Shown here: positions 27,448 through 41,793 of the stretch, in pieces
How positions within the stretch are numbered: the first letter of the stretch is position 1
Layout of the letters: every line of letters begins with the position of its first letter
Source of the DNA: the human T2T-CHM13v2.0 reference genome, Homo sapiens
Assembly: GCF_009914755.1 (NCBI RefSeq)
Contig: NC_060925.1
Direction: 5' to 3' (one strand)
Length of the DNA: 64,000 nucleotides
Notes under the pieces: model-generated
Database searches by the model: none
Told to the model about the DNA's origin: nothing
What the model saw: the letters and a program-made list of their open reading frames with translations, nothing else
Program-made: the position numbers and the translations under genes

Positions 27448-28021
27448 TGAAACTGTCTTTATAAACTTTATAATTAATCATGGAAGGAGGAAAGGAGAGA
27501 AACAAAAATAAACCAAGATTGCAGCACGTTCAGGTCAGCCTGCTCTCTGACTTGCTTCCTCATAGTTGTTTGTTTACTGCCTATTGCCCCAGAATCATGT
27601 AGACCCTATTACAAAATTATAGTTCCCTTCAACTTCTCTCTAGATAACATCTTAAACATTTTGAAACTGTTTTTTCATTTGAGATATTCTTTCAGGTCTT
27701 GCATACAGGTGAAACCACTGACACCAGCCGGTCTGAAGGATCCCAAAAGGAACTGACTTACCAAGGAATTCAGTTTCTATATCCTGATGATTTTATCCCC
27801 CTTATCATAACCAAGCAATAACCCCAATTTTCCAGCCCCTTGTAATACCCTTAAAAATTGCATCCAAGAACTCCATTTGAAGATGAATTTGAGGGTTCCT
27901 CCCATGTCCTCGGTCAGCCGTCCTGCAATCATTAAACTCTTTCTCTGCCGTAAACTATGCTGTCTCCATGTATTGGTCTGTTACTGTACAGCAGGTATAC
28001 AAACTTATTGGTCTTGTTATA
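27448..28021 (+). mobile_element. ERV1 solo LTR (LTR26-like)
   Basis: Starts 'tgaaactgtctttataaacttta'. Contains 'ggtcagcctgctctctgac', 'tttgagatattctttcagg' and ATTAAA poly(A) signal 'cattaaactctttctctgc'. About 575 bp. Confidence 0.75.
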
Positions 28022-29939
28022 TTGGTATAAGTACAACTTTGTCACCCCAAACTATCTTCTCTCCTGCCATGCAAAATTGAAATTATGTCTGTGATGACAC
28101 CTACAGTTTCAGGAGACCTTGCCTTGTAAATTAGGGACTAAAGTGACTTTATAATAATGCCTTCTAATGCTATAGTTAGATTATATGCATTTTCTTATAT
28201 GTTGATATAAATGCCAAATAACTTATTTTACTTATGGTTCTCAACATAAGATGTTTTTATTATTGTTGTTACAATTTCACTATCTAATAAAAGGCTAAAT
28301 AGTGATAGCTAACTCTTCAAAGATGAATTAAAATTAACAAATGAGTATTCCACATTTTCTCATCTATTTGTATCTGGTAGAGAGAACACAGATCTTATCT
28401 AGTCAACTGGTTCCCTAGTTACCTAATGTTCCAATGTGAGAGTCTGCAGCAAAGTATTTTAAAAATTAGGAAGAAGAAACATATCTAATTCAATAAGGGC
28501 ATTGCAGTGAGTGCAAGAGTTATGTTGAAATGCACGGCTTGTGAGATACGTTGTTAAAGCCATTTTATTTTTATCCCTTCATTCCTTTTAACATGATTCT
28601 ACGGGCCCTGTTCTCCTGCCCACTTGCTTACACTTAGTTAGTAAAAACAATTTTTTGACCATAATAATCTACAGATGTAAGAATAAAAACTTCACATTTT
28701 ATTTGAAGAGAGGTCCTCCTTCTCCTGACCATCGTGAACCTGACTCACACTGAGCACCTGCATTGAAGGTGTAGAATGTAACTGTCATTTTCTTCTTCTA
28801 TTCCTTGGTTTTTTTACCCCTTCTTCCTCCATTTTGCTCACCGAGAATTTCTAACTTAGATTTATGGGGAGGGGAACCAGAAGAAAACAATAAAGAAGTT
28901 CTTTGTAGTTAAATCTACCATGATCCATAACTGGAGTCTGTTCCAGAGGTCAGTCAGATGTTTAGATTGACCTCTTTAATGTGGAATAGTCACATATTTC
29001 CTTAGACATTTTTATCCTTAACAAATTCTTACTTGCCGTTCCCTTAATGAGGGAAAATGTATCCCTTCCTGCTCCTGATTTTGGCACTTTCATCAGCCCC
29101 TTATCTTACTCTATGATGTTGGAATCACAGGCAGTCCCCTGAATAGGACTTAAGATGGCCTGTGTTGGCTTTTTCACATCTGTGATTGTGTATTCTCATA
29201 GAGCCTGTATGTGATCCATGGGAAGTCTACACTTTATTTGCCTCATGGAGGTCACATGTTGCCCAGAGAGAGCACTTGTCTATTGTTCTGCTTTTCTTTT
29301 GATGTCCCAGACATTCACAATCAGCAGTACATTATGGATCCCAAGCTCCAGGGTACATATTTCAAACTCAAAGTGGTTCTGTAGAACATTCTTTCACCAA
29401 TGTTTTTGGGAGTGAGAAACAGACACCTACACCCTCAAAACCTCCTATTTGAGGAAATCAACTGGGACTTAAAAGCATAGCTTTTTCCAGAAATTCCTTT
29501 ATTGTCTCCACTTTTAATATTTTTAGTCTTTTAAAATGGTAGAGAATATTTGGATTCATAAAATTGGTTTCCATAATTTCTTTTGCAAATCCTTCATAGT
29601 GGTCTCATAACTCAACTTAGAATGTGGCATCAATTGTCTTGAGTCCTCAGCTGAAACTGATACTAATGTATATCTATTTTATTATACTGTCACAAGTTTT
29701 TCATAAAGTTAAATTTATCTAAGAAAACTGCTTCTCTTTATTTTGAGATTATGTCTGTCTTCCTTTTTTGTGGTATACAAATTTATCTTTTTGTAAAATC
29801 CTAGTGATCGTGTATTGTGGTTTTTATAATGTGTTTCCTTGATAAAATAAAGATTTGACCACTGATCATGTTGTCCTTTATATGATTTTTAATTTACAGG
29901 TTGATTTCCAAATGCCTTGAAATTATTACTCTGGTTTAG

Positions 29940-30320
29940 CTCCTTCATTTTTTAAAAACTAAGGAAAGTAAAAAAACCTGAAGTGAGGAAGTGAAAATTC
30001 TCAAGCAACCTTAATTAAATATTCAGGACTAGTAAAAGGAACATAGTTCTTCTGGCTCTATGCCCAGTGCTCTTTCCACTACTAACATTTATTTATTTTT
30101 TAAAAACATAAAATGAATAGATAGAAGTTCATTACAAAAGAGAAATCCTGAAAAATAATGCTAATAATTCTACAAATAAAAGGACAGAGCACCTTCCTCA
30201 CATTCAGTCATTAATCTTCAAATCAGCTTACTGAGATAAGCACAGTTATTATCCCCACTGCACACTGAGAAAACTGAGGCCCAGAGTTGTTTTGCAGGTT
30301 CCCCCATGGCCACAAAACTC
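29940..30320 (-). mobile_element. Two MIR fragments
   Basis: 'cccagtgctctttccactac', 'ttattatccccactgcacactgagaaaactgaggcccagag'. Confidence 0.6.
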
Positions 30321-32039
30321 ATGTTACCATTAACCTTACTAAAATTTACAGCAAACTGCTGATTAAGAACTGGCTATACTTAATCTGAAAGTCATTTCCA
30401 TTTATCAAAATAAAACTATATGAAGTTAGCTTCATTAGATAATAGAAAGATGGAATAAAAAAGCAAAGAAAAAAACTAATGACTGATTACAATGTAAAGA
30501 CACTTATGAAATTTAATTATAGGAATACAAGAGGAATCAGAAAAATATCAATGAATTATCAGCAAAATATCAATATGGGAACATAGTCTACTGATGAAAT
30601 TTTTATCATAATAATTTTGTATTTCTCTATTCTTTTTCTAAAATCCCTAGATATTTTTAAAGCATACCATGTGTTAAACTTAACATACTTATGATGTAAG
30701 ATTTAAGAGTCAGATGATATCTCCATCAAAGGCTTCATATATTAGGAGTTCATTATAGTCTACTTACAGTTTGTACTGAGCTTCCAAATTATAAAAATAC
30801 ATGCTTCTAAAATATTTTAAGTCAGTTGGTAAAATAGGAGGCAGTCACATAATCAGGTTCATGGTTTCTACTGTGCATGGTTTTTTCTTTCTCCTCTTTT
30901 TATCAAGAGCATAACAACTCGATCTTAAACACTGACACTATGCAGGCTTTGTTGGACTGCTCTTTTCCAATTTAAACAAAACATAAAACAGAGGAGATAT
31001 TTATCTTTGAAGAGTGGCTCTCACCATTGGGACAGTGCCTTATTCTCTGTTACTCTCCAGGAATTCTAGATGTAGACAAAAATATATAGCAGGGCTTGAA
31101 CAACATATTTCAGTGAAAAGAATTAATTTCCCAAAGAGTCAAAGATTGCTTGGAGCAGAATGACAGATTTCAGGAAGCTTTCCTGTAGAGTTACAGTGCT
31201 GAGAAACTGACTCCATATTGAGAAGATAGTCCCTATTATATTTTGCCCAACCTTCGGCTAAAGCCATAGCCAGACAATGTTGCCTTGTTATCCCTAAAGT
31301 GTTCTAGAATCATATTTTTGCTTTTCTTTCTAAACTTGCCCCCAGCTAAACATCAATTTTTTGGTCCAGAAGAAAAAGAAAAATATCCCTACAGTATGCC
31401 TGTCCTTGGCTTCTCGATTACAAATGAGAGTTTAATTCTTTCATCAATGTATATTAAATTTCAACAGAGTAAGAAATACATTTTGAAACAAACTGACAGT
31501 GAAATGCCTTTCAAAATACTGTTTTGGCTTAGAACTGTCATTGTTTAGGCTTAATGGCTGCAGCCCCAAGGCTGAAAAGTTACACTAGTATTACAGCTGT
31601 TCAATGTAATATTCAAACAATGTTTGCTATTGATTTAGAAGATTCAAACAGCTTAGATTTTGTTCCCTTTCATTTACATTCTTAGCATCAAAGTCGCAGA
31701 GTGTTAAGGTAGTACAGTAATGCAGTTAAGAAAAAATATTAATTCTGACAGTAGGATCTTGTTGTTTTCATTGTTATAGCTTAAAATAATTTACATGTTC
31801 ACCATTCACCAGTAAATAGAAGAATGCCATTTCTAAACTTGAAAGAACAATGTATTATAAAATTATTCTGACAGTTCATTCATATGGAGAAGGCCTTGTA
31901 CAAAACAAAGATGCAATGCACTCCCTGTTGACTCAGGACCTCTTTTGTAAAGGGCTTGACCTTGTGCTACTTAATAAAATTCAACCCTGATATGGGTCAG
32001 TATACTATGCAACGAAGCCTGAAGGGACTGTTTCTGAAG

Positions 32040-32320
32040 CCAGTGAGGTTTAGAGGAGAAAACACAAGAGTTAAGAATAAAAAGATCTAAATCAGCAGTT
32101 GACACAGAGTATGACCTTGGATGAGTTGCTTAACCTCCTTGGGCTCCAGTTGCTACATCTGAGACAGGGAATAACACTCTAATACAAACATAAAAAGCCT
32201 ACTTCTTTCTATTTCACAACATTGGAGTAGGAATTAATGAGATAATGTGTGTAAAGCATTTTGATCTCCTGAGAGAAAGGCATAAAATACATAATACCAA
32301 GCATTATTACTAATAATTAT
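32040..32320 (+). mobile_element. MIR
   Basis: 'tgaccttggatgagttgcttaacctccttgggctccagtt', 'aatgagataatgtgtgtaaagcattttg'. Confidence 0.75.
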
Positions 32321-33371
32321 TCCAGTTGACCTATGTGTAAAGGGTAGAGAGTAGTTTGACTCTTTTGGTAGCATAATTACATAGGAAACAGGTTTATTTA
32401 TTTATTTTTCTGCTCTCCTCATAGAGCCAGAAGTTAATTGTGTTTTCAACCTAGAAGACAAGATTTTCACTTAGACATGGTAAGTGGTTCACTTGAACAG
32501 CTATTGAATAGACAGTAAGAATGTGGTATAGCCTATTCTTTGGGATAGAATGTTGGGGGTTTGAAAAAGTAGCAAAGAAAATTTCTAAGCAATGAATCGT
32601 TATCTTCTAAATAGCATATAGAGGTTAAGAAATATTTATTCCCCTAGAAAGAAGATTTAACAAGCAGTTCCCTTTGTCCCCTATCATAAGGCTATTTGAT
32701 AAATTGGCTATCTGATATGAAATGCAAAATTTTGCAAACAATTTTCACGGTCTATAATCAAGCCAGAATTTCTTACTCACCTATGAAAGGTATAAGCAGA
32801 GACACAATCAGTGAATTTCCTAAATGTTTTCTTTCTAGCAGATATCCACTAGAAGTCTGACTTTAGTCAAATACATTGCATTTATTCATTGACTATTTAA
32901 AGATCCATCTACTGTGTTTTGAGGCATTGTGCAAGATTTTAAGGATATAGGAGAAGGAGATGCAAATTTTTCAGCATTCTGAAAGAGAGAAGTTAAGAAT
33001 GACCACACACAGGTGGTAAAGTTTGAGTCTTGATGCAATAGAAGTGACTGACGTTCATTTGAGCTGTAAATTCTGGAAAGAGCCAACAGTCAGATGTGGC
33101 TAAAACAAGTACCTTGAAAAGGAATGGCAGTACACGTGACGAAATGACAAAATGGGCTAGGTGATACAAGTCAGGACAGCTCTGTTGAGGCGGTTCCACA
33201 CTAAGCTGGCAGCCCCGTGATTCTCAGAGGATACGTGTGTCATGCTTGAAGATCACATCAGTCTCTTTCCCACTATGTATATCCTCCCTGTAGTCAGCCA
33301 CAAGCATTGATCAAAAGACACTTTGTAATATCTTTAAATGTGTTAGAGAAATGTGAAAAGGCAATAGGAAC

Positions 33372-33818
33372 TGTCTTTAGTCCTTTTTTGTTGGTTGTAA
33401 CAGAATGCCTGAAACTGAGTAATTTATAAAGAAAAGAGGTTTATTTACCTCACAGTTCTGCAGACTGAGAAGTTCGAGGGCATACTCCTGGCTCCTGGTG
33501 AGGGTTTCTGTGCTGTGTTCCAACATGGCAAAGAAAGTCAATGGGAAAGTGGATATGTGAAGAAAGGAAAACCCAGTGACATCCTGGCTTTATGACAACC
33601 CACCCTTGTGAAAACTAATCTATTCCCTCAAGAATTGATCCAGTCTCACCAGAGCTAGAACTCACTATTGTGAAAACAGCATCAAGCCGTTCATGAGAGA
33701 TCTGTCCCCATGACCTAAATACCTCCCACTAGGCCCTACCTCCCAATAATGTCACATTGGGGATTAAATTTCAACCTGAGTTTTGGTGAAGAAAAAACAC
33801 TGCCTCAAAACCATAACA
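33372..33818 (-). mobile_element. MSTB-type (MaLR) solo LTR
   Basis: TG...CA ends 'tgtctttagtcc...aaccataaca'; 'ggggattaaatttcaacctgagttttgg'; TSD ggaac (33367-71) / agaac (33819-23). Confidence 0.85.
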
Positions 33819-35058
33819 AGAACTATCCAAAGATTTTAAACGAACAAGTCACTAGTTATACAGATGTTTTACCTTACATAATTCTATAATTAGATATACA
33901 AGAAGAATATTTTTTGCATTGTCATTTCCCTGAAATAGCAGAGTACCCTTTTACAAAGATGTTTTATCTATCTATCTTTCTATCAGTCTCCAGTGCTTCT
34001 TAACATTTCTGCATGCTATCCTCTTTTATCTCCCCTAGACACATAATTATAATAAATGTATATTATCAAAAGACTAAAATTTTATGTCCAGAAATTCTAA
34101 TATTTCAAAGAAATTTCTCAACTCACAATGTCTGATTTGCATATCACAACTAAGATCATCCTTAGTAGCTACTAATCTCTTGGTACTTCTTTTTCGTTTA
34201 TTTAGCTTATGGAGTGTAGAAGGGAAAAGATCAGGAATGAAAACCTGAAGATTACATTTCTATTCCTAGTAAAGTAAGTCATTATCCATGTGACCTTGGA
34301 ACTATTAATTGTGATCATAATACCTATTCAGTCTTTTACAAGTTTTGCTAGTATCACATGAAACAATGAATATGGAAGTCCTTTGACAATATGCAAGAAT
34401 TGGGGATAAAATGATTTCCCAGACAATGACTTGGAAAGGCCCTGAAGGAGTCCCTATTTTGTTTAGAGTTAAGTTATAAAAGGCCAGATCTATAGAGAAC
34501 TATTCAGGCCCAAGGAATGACAATAATTTGGGGTGTATGTAGTGAATTAATTGCCCATTTTGCTGTGTCCTTCAGAAACTCAGCTGATATTTACTCTTCT
34601 AGTTGAACAATGTCATAAGACTTAATGAGATATTTCATAAAGTTTCAAAAAATAGTTTTTCTCCACATATAAATTCATATCAAACAAAAGGTAGACAATT
34701 GAGGTTTATAAGATCCATTTCATAAATAAGACTATTATAGGTAATAAGAAATAAGCCACAAAAATCAAGTGTCTTCCAGTGTCATTTACAACTGACTGTG
34801 AATTCTTTGTGAGCCTTCTTTTATTTCCCCTTGTATTCTCAAAACAGAAAAGTGCCTGGTTCATTGCAGTTACATAATTGATTTTAAATGAGTTAATACT
34901 TAAGACAACTTTTTGACATATGCATAAAGTATGGCAAGTTCAATGTAAACTAAATAATTTAATTTCTCCAATATTATATATATGATATACTAACCTCTCA
35001 GCAAAAAAATGTGGCATAACCTTTTCAAAGAAAATTTTAAATAAATGTGAATAATATT

Positions 35059-35371
<313 letters not shown>

Positions 35372-35963
35372 GTGAATAATATTAACAGTAGTCAAGGTGT
35401 CCATTTAAAATAGAGATAGAACAGAGGCAAGGGTGATTGAACTATCTAACCATGAGTATTTGAAGATATTTCATACTTTGGAAAATTGTCCAATCTCTGG
35501 TATCTTTCTAGAAGTGAGAGGTCGTTATATGTATATGATAGAATATTTTTAAATGTAAAAAGTCAAAGATTTCACAATTGATCCTTCCAAAGAGAATTCT
35601 GAAAAAAATCATTCAATAATTGCTCATCCTCTCGTCTAGGAAATGCCTAAGGGAACAAAAAAATAATTATTTTTATAAAGTGCCTTGTCAACAGACCAAA
35701 AGACAGCCCACAGAACATAGAAAGCAATTCTTGCAAAAATAGTTTACTGCTAGACATATATTTAAAACGGATCCAAGGAGGAAAAATCAAATAAGATTGA
35801 AAAATTAATTTCAATTAAAAAAATATGCTAAGTCCATATTTCACATGGAAAGTCACGCCTGCTACTGAAGGAGACATGAAGAAGATGACGACCAAATAGC
35901 CATTTATTAAAAAAAAAAAAAAGCCTGGTAAATTATTTTCACACAGGTAAACAAACAACATTA

Positions 35964-36046
35964 CATATATCTATATATATTATATATGTGTATATATTGT
36001 GTATATATGTATATATTGTATATATGTAGATATATATTATATATAT
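35964..36046. repeat. (TA)n-rich low-complexity repeat
   Basis: Degenerate TA/TG alternation. Confidence 0.85.
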
Positions 36047-36139
36047 GATCAGGTAAATTATTTTATGCAGTTAAACTGCTATAATATGAGGCAGAATATA
36101 TTAAGTATCATAGGCATAAAATGCTATGGAACCTCAAAA

Positions 36140-37830
36140 GGATTAAAAATTAAGCTTTCTTCTCAACCCTACTACTATATATTGAATTGTTCTATTTTCA
36201 ATCTGAAGTCCTCACTTGACACTATATTCCTAAACAATCTTATCTATTCCTGTAGTTTTAAATAACATCTATAAACCAACAATTCCCAAATTTCCCTTTC
36301 CAGCCAAGACTTCTCCTTTGAGCTTCAGACTTATATGGCTCTCTATTTAATGTCTTTACTTGAATGTCCCACAAGTGTATTAAATTAAATGTCTTTATCA
36401 GTCATTGTTCTTAGTTGCAAGCAACAGAAATGGACTGGCTGAAAAATCAAAAAAGAGATTGTAAAAAAGATATTGAGAAGCTCACAGAATTGTTGTGAGG
36501 GTTAGAAAGCCAGGTTCAAAGCTAAATCTGTAGAAAAAATAATCAAAACCACAAATCAGAATTGGCTTCTTAGGATAATCACTGCAGCTGCTGCTGTTAC
36601 CAAATTCTAGAAACTACTGTTTGCATGGGTGCCACAAGCTTAAGTTTTCCACAGCTGACCCCCAGCACGGATGGCTTAACCCAGGAAGATGATCTTGCAA
36701 TCACTGCCCCCTATTCCTGGTAGGTGGAGCCCACTGTCACCACCACATTAGCAGAGTAAATCCTTGCACAGGTTTATGTTATGCATAGACATAACATCAA
36801 GTTGCAAAAAAGGCTGAGAAGGGTATTTGGGGCTTCTTCCTTGGGAAGGCAGGATTTATTAAAAAGAAAACTGTCCCGAACATAGCAATGGTTGTGAAAA
36901 GGTATTGAGCCGACAGAGATAGAACAGATTGTGCCACAGTATTCAAAACGGAATTTTGATTTCCCTCTCCACAAATCATTCCACTTGCAGTCTCTTACAT
37001 TTTAGGTAATGGCATTCCCATTGACTCAGTTGTTCAAGTCAGTAACTGAGTTTGTCAAATTTCTTTGCTTATTTTTTACAACTTTCAAAAATGTGAAAAC
37101 CATTCTTATTTTATGGGCCATATGAGGCAGGTCACTATAGGGTTTGTACCCACTAATTCCTGGTCAAGATCATACTACTACCATCAACTGATTTCTGGAT
37201 ATACACTAGAAGCTTAATGTTAACTGATCTATCTGCTTCTTTATCTATATTCAATCCATTCACAAATAACAGCATGAGCGGTATTTTAACCTGCTTAACG
37301 TCCTTTGCTGGTTGCCCATTGTGCTTAGTATGAAAACAAAACCGTCAAGTGGCCTTCAAGGCCTGGGATCATCTGAGCCCTGCTGACCTCTTCACATTTA
37401 CTGCACACTCATTACCTTTCAGCTAAATCAGCCTTACTTCATTTTTTTGAATGCCAAAGTCTACATAAACTCAGGGACTTTGCACAGGCTATTCTCTGCC
37501 TGGAACCCTTGTATCACTTTTCCTTCATCTTTGAGGGCTCAGAGTCATTTCCTTTGAGTCTATTCTAATCATCCCAGACTAAATTAGGCTAATATTCTTT
37601 TTCTCTTAAAGAACACCCTGTTATTTTCCTGCATGGTACATATCTTTATCTGCAGTTACATAATTGTTTGATTCTTTACATTTTTATGCTTGCCTTCTTC
37701 TTTAGAATGTAAATTCCAAGACAACAGGGACCATGTCTGATTTCTTCATTGCTATAAATTTCATGCCTAGCATTTTACCATATTCTCAAATAATTACTTG
37801 TTGAATGAGGGACTGAATGAATGAATATAT
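36140..37830 (+). mobile_element. L2 LINE interrupted by an MLT1-type LTR (about 36397-36925, -) and a MER58-like piece (about 37045-37162)
   Basis: L2 'cagccaagacttctcctttgagcttcagactt...tgaatgtcccacaag' resumes at about 36940 and ends 'ttgttgaatgagggactgaatgaatgaat'. MLT1 end 'tatcagtcattgttcttagttgcaagcaacagaaa'. MER58 'aaaatgtgaaaaccattctta'. Confidence 0.7.
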
Positions 37831-38179
37831 AAATCCCCCTGGAAATGTTCAAGAAAATGTTCATGGAGCTAGTGAAATTTAAACGAATCGTTGAAAAATA
37901 TGAAGAATTTAGAAAGGTAAATTAGTGAAGTCTGATGTGGAAACCTAGGGCATACCTAGAAAAGAGTGAGCTATCCAAAGCACTGAGTTATATGGTATAT
38001 AAGGGATATATAATGACTATATAATGACATCATCCTAGAAAAGTAGGTTGGAAGTAAATTGTGGAATGTCCTATATGGTGAGATAAGGAATATAATTTAT
38101 CCTAATAGCCTAAGAAGATATTCCCATATGGTGTTCTCAGAGCTCTTAGTGTGTTTAAACCATTGTAACTCCATAAAGA

Positions 38180-38705
38180 ATCTAAGGCAACCTCCATGAT
38201 CCCCAACTCTTGGTATACCTATCCTTGTGTAATCCCTTTCTCTTGATTGTAGGCTGGACATGTGACTTACCTCTAATCCTTAAAACATGGCAAACGTGAT
38301 AGGATGTAACTTCCATGGTTACTCTATATAAAATTATAACAACAGTCTAGTGAGGGAACTCTTTTTGCCAGGTTTTATAAAGTAAATTGGCCATGTTCCA
38401 GAGATTTGCACAGCAATGTACTGAATGTTGCCTCTGACCGATAGTCAGCAGAAACTGAGGCCCTCAGTCCAACAGGCCAAAGGGAACTGAATTCTGCCAA
38501 CTACTATGTCAACTTGGAAGCAGATCCTCTCCAGCAGAACTCTGAAATGAGATTACAACCTCGAGTGATAACTTAATTGAAGTCTTGCAGAAGATCCAGC
38601 TGAGCTATGCATAGATTCCTGATTCACAGAAACCGTGATATTATAAATATGTGTTGTTTTAAGCTGTTATGTTTGTGGTAACATTGTTATGAAACAAGAG
38701 ATACT
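38180..38705 (+). mobile_element. MLT1E/F-type MaLR LTR
   Basis: 'ccttgtgtaatccctttctcttga', 'gaaactgaggccctcagtccaacag', 'gaactgaattctgccaac', 'gattcctgattcacagaaaccgtga...tgttgttttaagctg'. Confidence 0.8.
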
Positions 38706-38709
38706 TAAG

Positions 38710-39124
38710 GTATTATGGGATGAATTTTGTTCCCACCAACATTCATGCTGAAGTCTTAGCCCCTCATACCTCAAAATGTAATCATATTTGGACATAGGGT
38801 CTTAAGAGAAGTAATTAAGTTACAGTGAAGTCCTTAGGGTAACCCCTGATCCAATATGACTTGTGTCCTTGTAAGAAAAGGAAATTTAGACACAGACACG
38901 TCCAAGAGGGAAGTTGGTGTGGAGATCTAGAGAGAAGATGGCTATCTAAAAACCAAGGAGAGAGTTATGAAACAGATCCTTTTCTCATCGCCCTCGTAAG
39001 GAACCAACCCTGACAACACCTTGATCTTGGACTTCTGGCCTCCAGAACTGTGAGAAAATAAATCTGTTGTTTAAGCCACCCAGACTGTGGTCATTTGTTA
39101 TGACAGCCCTAACAAACTAATACA
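38710..39124 (+). mobile_element. MLT1B-type MaLR LTR
   Basis: 'tatttggacatagggtc', 'atccaatatgacttgtgtccttgtaagaaaagg', 'accttgatcttggacttctggcctccagaactgtgagaaaataaa', end 'caaactaataca'. Confidence 0.85.
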
Positions 39125-40189
39125 TGGGGGTTATAGTATGCAGTATTTCCTTTTTTAAGGAACATTTCATAATGCTTGAAAGACTACTAGTAATTTAAGG
39201 AACTTAGTTTATGAAATCCTACAGTAGACAATGGAAGTAATAAGTTTTTGAACCAGGATATGACATGATTACAGCTAGTTAGACAAGTTTATTTGTAATT
39301 TCTATTTTATTCAGTAAGAAATACTTTATTTCTCTACTTTTCTCACTAGGTCTTCAATCTCTCTCTCGAAGGATTTACCACTTTGCATTTCTCAGACCTG
39401 CATTCAATATGTCAGGCACACTCAAAATTTTCTTATCCATTATATTTCACAAAGGATAATTCTTAAACAGCAACTGTAAAAATTAGTTTAAATATTCCAA
39501 ATTTGGGATGCCTACTGAAGTAAAGCCATTTTCAGCAGTTAGGATTTTGGTTTCTTGACAGTGAAACACGTATATTTACATAAAATCAGTGACACATTTT
39601 ATTTAAAAGCAATGAACTATTACTTGAGATTATTTATTGGATTTGGCAATATCACTCAGTAGTCTGATGTTTGGAGAAACACGATTGAATTATTGCAAAT
39701 AACTTTGTGTTTTCCCTTCATTTCAGTTCAGATTAGGGTTGTGTATTCTCTTATGTATAATAAATGTCAAAGTACCTGTGGATGATTTTCAGACAATGAA
39801 TGTGGTTTTCAACTACTAATTGCCAAGTTTTGGTAGCAGAATCAAACTTCTGAGATAGAGTTCTCAGAATCTTTGATCACTTATTTTCAGCTGAATGTGT
39901 TTGAAATTAGTTAAGAATTAGCCATTGCTTGCCAGGGGTTCCTCTCCATCTCCCTGACAGCCATTCCTTCCTTCTTTATGATTTAGTTCTTCCTGTGAGT
40001 CTTCTTCACCAGGCTCATGGTGTCCTTTTGTTGACCTCTGATTGGTCCCCAATCTTGGTTATCTACTGGTACCAACTTATAGGTTGTCGTGCTGATTTAA
40101 GGTTTTATTTAATCGAGGGAAGACACAGTCTTTTTTGCTTTAAGCTCTGAGAAAAGTTTGTACTCTCTGTCATATTCCTCACCTTTTAA

Positions 40190-41300
40190 GTATTTTTCCC
40201 TACTCAAATAAGGTTTCCATGTTCGTCACTTCCCTGAAAGAACTCTCACCAGTCACCAATAATGTCCTAATTGCCAAATCCAGTACATTCCTTTCAGTAC
40301 CCAAAATATTTGTTATCTGTGAGTCATTGGTGACTGTGAGCTATTTGACATCTCTGAGCTTCTCTTTCTTTCGCTTAGTGATAATGTTTCCTCAGTTCTC
40401 CTTCTATCCTTCTAATTAAACCTTCTCTGTAACCACAGTGACATCTTTCTGAGGCTATTCCTTAACTATTAGCATGTCCTAAATCTTCTCTCCTAAGAAC
40501 CTGTCGATTCTCCATGTTCTCCTGGATTATCTCATGTAATCCTATTATCCTAAAGACAACTATACAATGATTAAACGACCCCAAAATTTGTACATTTAAC
40601 TCAGATGCCATTACTACGCTCTAGGCCTATATAGGCAATTGCCTATTTTACATATTCCACATCTCAAAAACAGAATTCATCAACTCTTTCCTTCCCCTCT
40701 TGCCATGAAACCTGTCATTTCCCCTGGAATAATTATCTTGTTATCTCAATTTATTGTGCCAATAGTGTTTAAAACCAGGCAGACAACATTGCTTGCATCT
40801 TAAAAATCATGTGAAGTTTCCGCTGTTTCGTTTATTACTCTATCTTCACTGCCACTCTTGCATCGAGTCTGTACCATCTTGATTTTATATACTAATGCCA
40901 AATAATCTTTCTAAAAGTAATGCTTGTCGTATTATTTCAATTCCTACATTACCTAAAGAAATATTTAAAATATGTCAGAAGGTTATTCATAATTTGGCCC
41001 CCTGCTTTCTGCTCTGGCCTTAATCGTCCAACCTCACCTTTATCCCCATACTTTAGACCCTCCAGTCATGCAAACTTTTTTTAATGTGCTATTTTATGCC
41101 CATACTTACCCTGCTTAACATGCTGAAACGCCCTTCTTTTTGATATGTCCACATTTCTATATTATGTGCCTGAAAAAAATAGCTAATCATTGCTCATGAC
41201 TCAATTCAAGTAGTTTCTCTTCTTTGACTGCTTTTCTAAAAATACCAGGTTAAGTTGATCATTTATTTTATGGCTCCACTGAATATTTTTGTTATAATTT
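40190..41300 (+). mobile_element. L2 LINE body
   Basis: 'gtcaccaataatgtcctaattgccaaatccagt', 'taatctttctaaaa', 'tcataatttggcccc'. Confidence 0.65.
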
Positions 41301-41314
41301 TTTAATCACTGTTA

Positions 41315-41495
41315 CCATTCTACTGAAGGTGTAGTCCATGAAAAAGTTCCATCTAGGAGGCTAAAAATCCAATTAACGCCCCTGTTCCCACCCCAATGTA
41401 CTAAATCAGTATCTGGGGTAGGACCCAGGACTTTGTGCTTTAACAAGCTCTTCATATCATTCTCATGCTCATAAGGTTTTAGATTCTCTGCTCTG
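41315..41495. mobile_element. MER5A-like hAT-Charlie MITE
   Basis: 'tactaaatcagtatctggggtaggacccagg...tgtgctttaacaagctcttc...attctcatgc'. Confidence 0.7.
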
Positions 41496-41666
41496 CAAAT
41501 TTATGTGTTTCTAGGTTTCTAAAAATTAGAGATTTTAATATGGTAGATAGAAGTATGATAGAAAGACAAACCGAAAGATAAAAGACGCCTTTAAAGAACC
41601 TAGTAGAAAAACTTCTCTAACCAAGGATAAAAAGTTATATGCAAGGAAATACTATGACTGCTGTAT

Positions 41667-41793
41667 ATAATGTGTTAATTTCCTTCTTCCTCAACAAAAT
41701 TACAAATGTATCACTGCTATGTGTGGCTGTCCTACATAATGTGTAAGTTTCTCTCTTCCTTGACAAAATTACAATGTATTCCTGCTATGTGTG
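41667..41793. repeat. Diverged two-copy tandem duplication, period about 69 bp
   Basis: 41667-41725 and 41736-41793 both read ataatgtgt...tcttcct..acaaaattaca.atgtat..ctgctatgtgtg. Confidence 0.85.
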
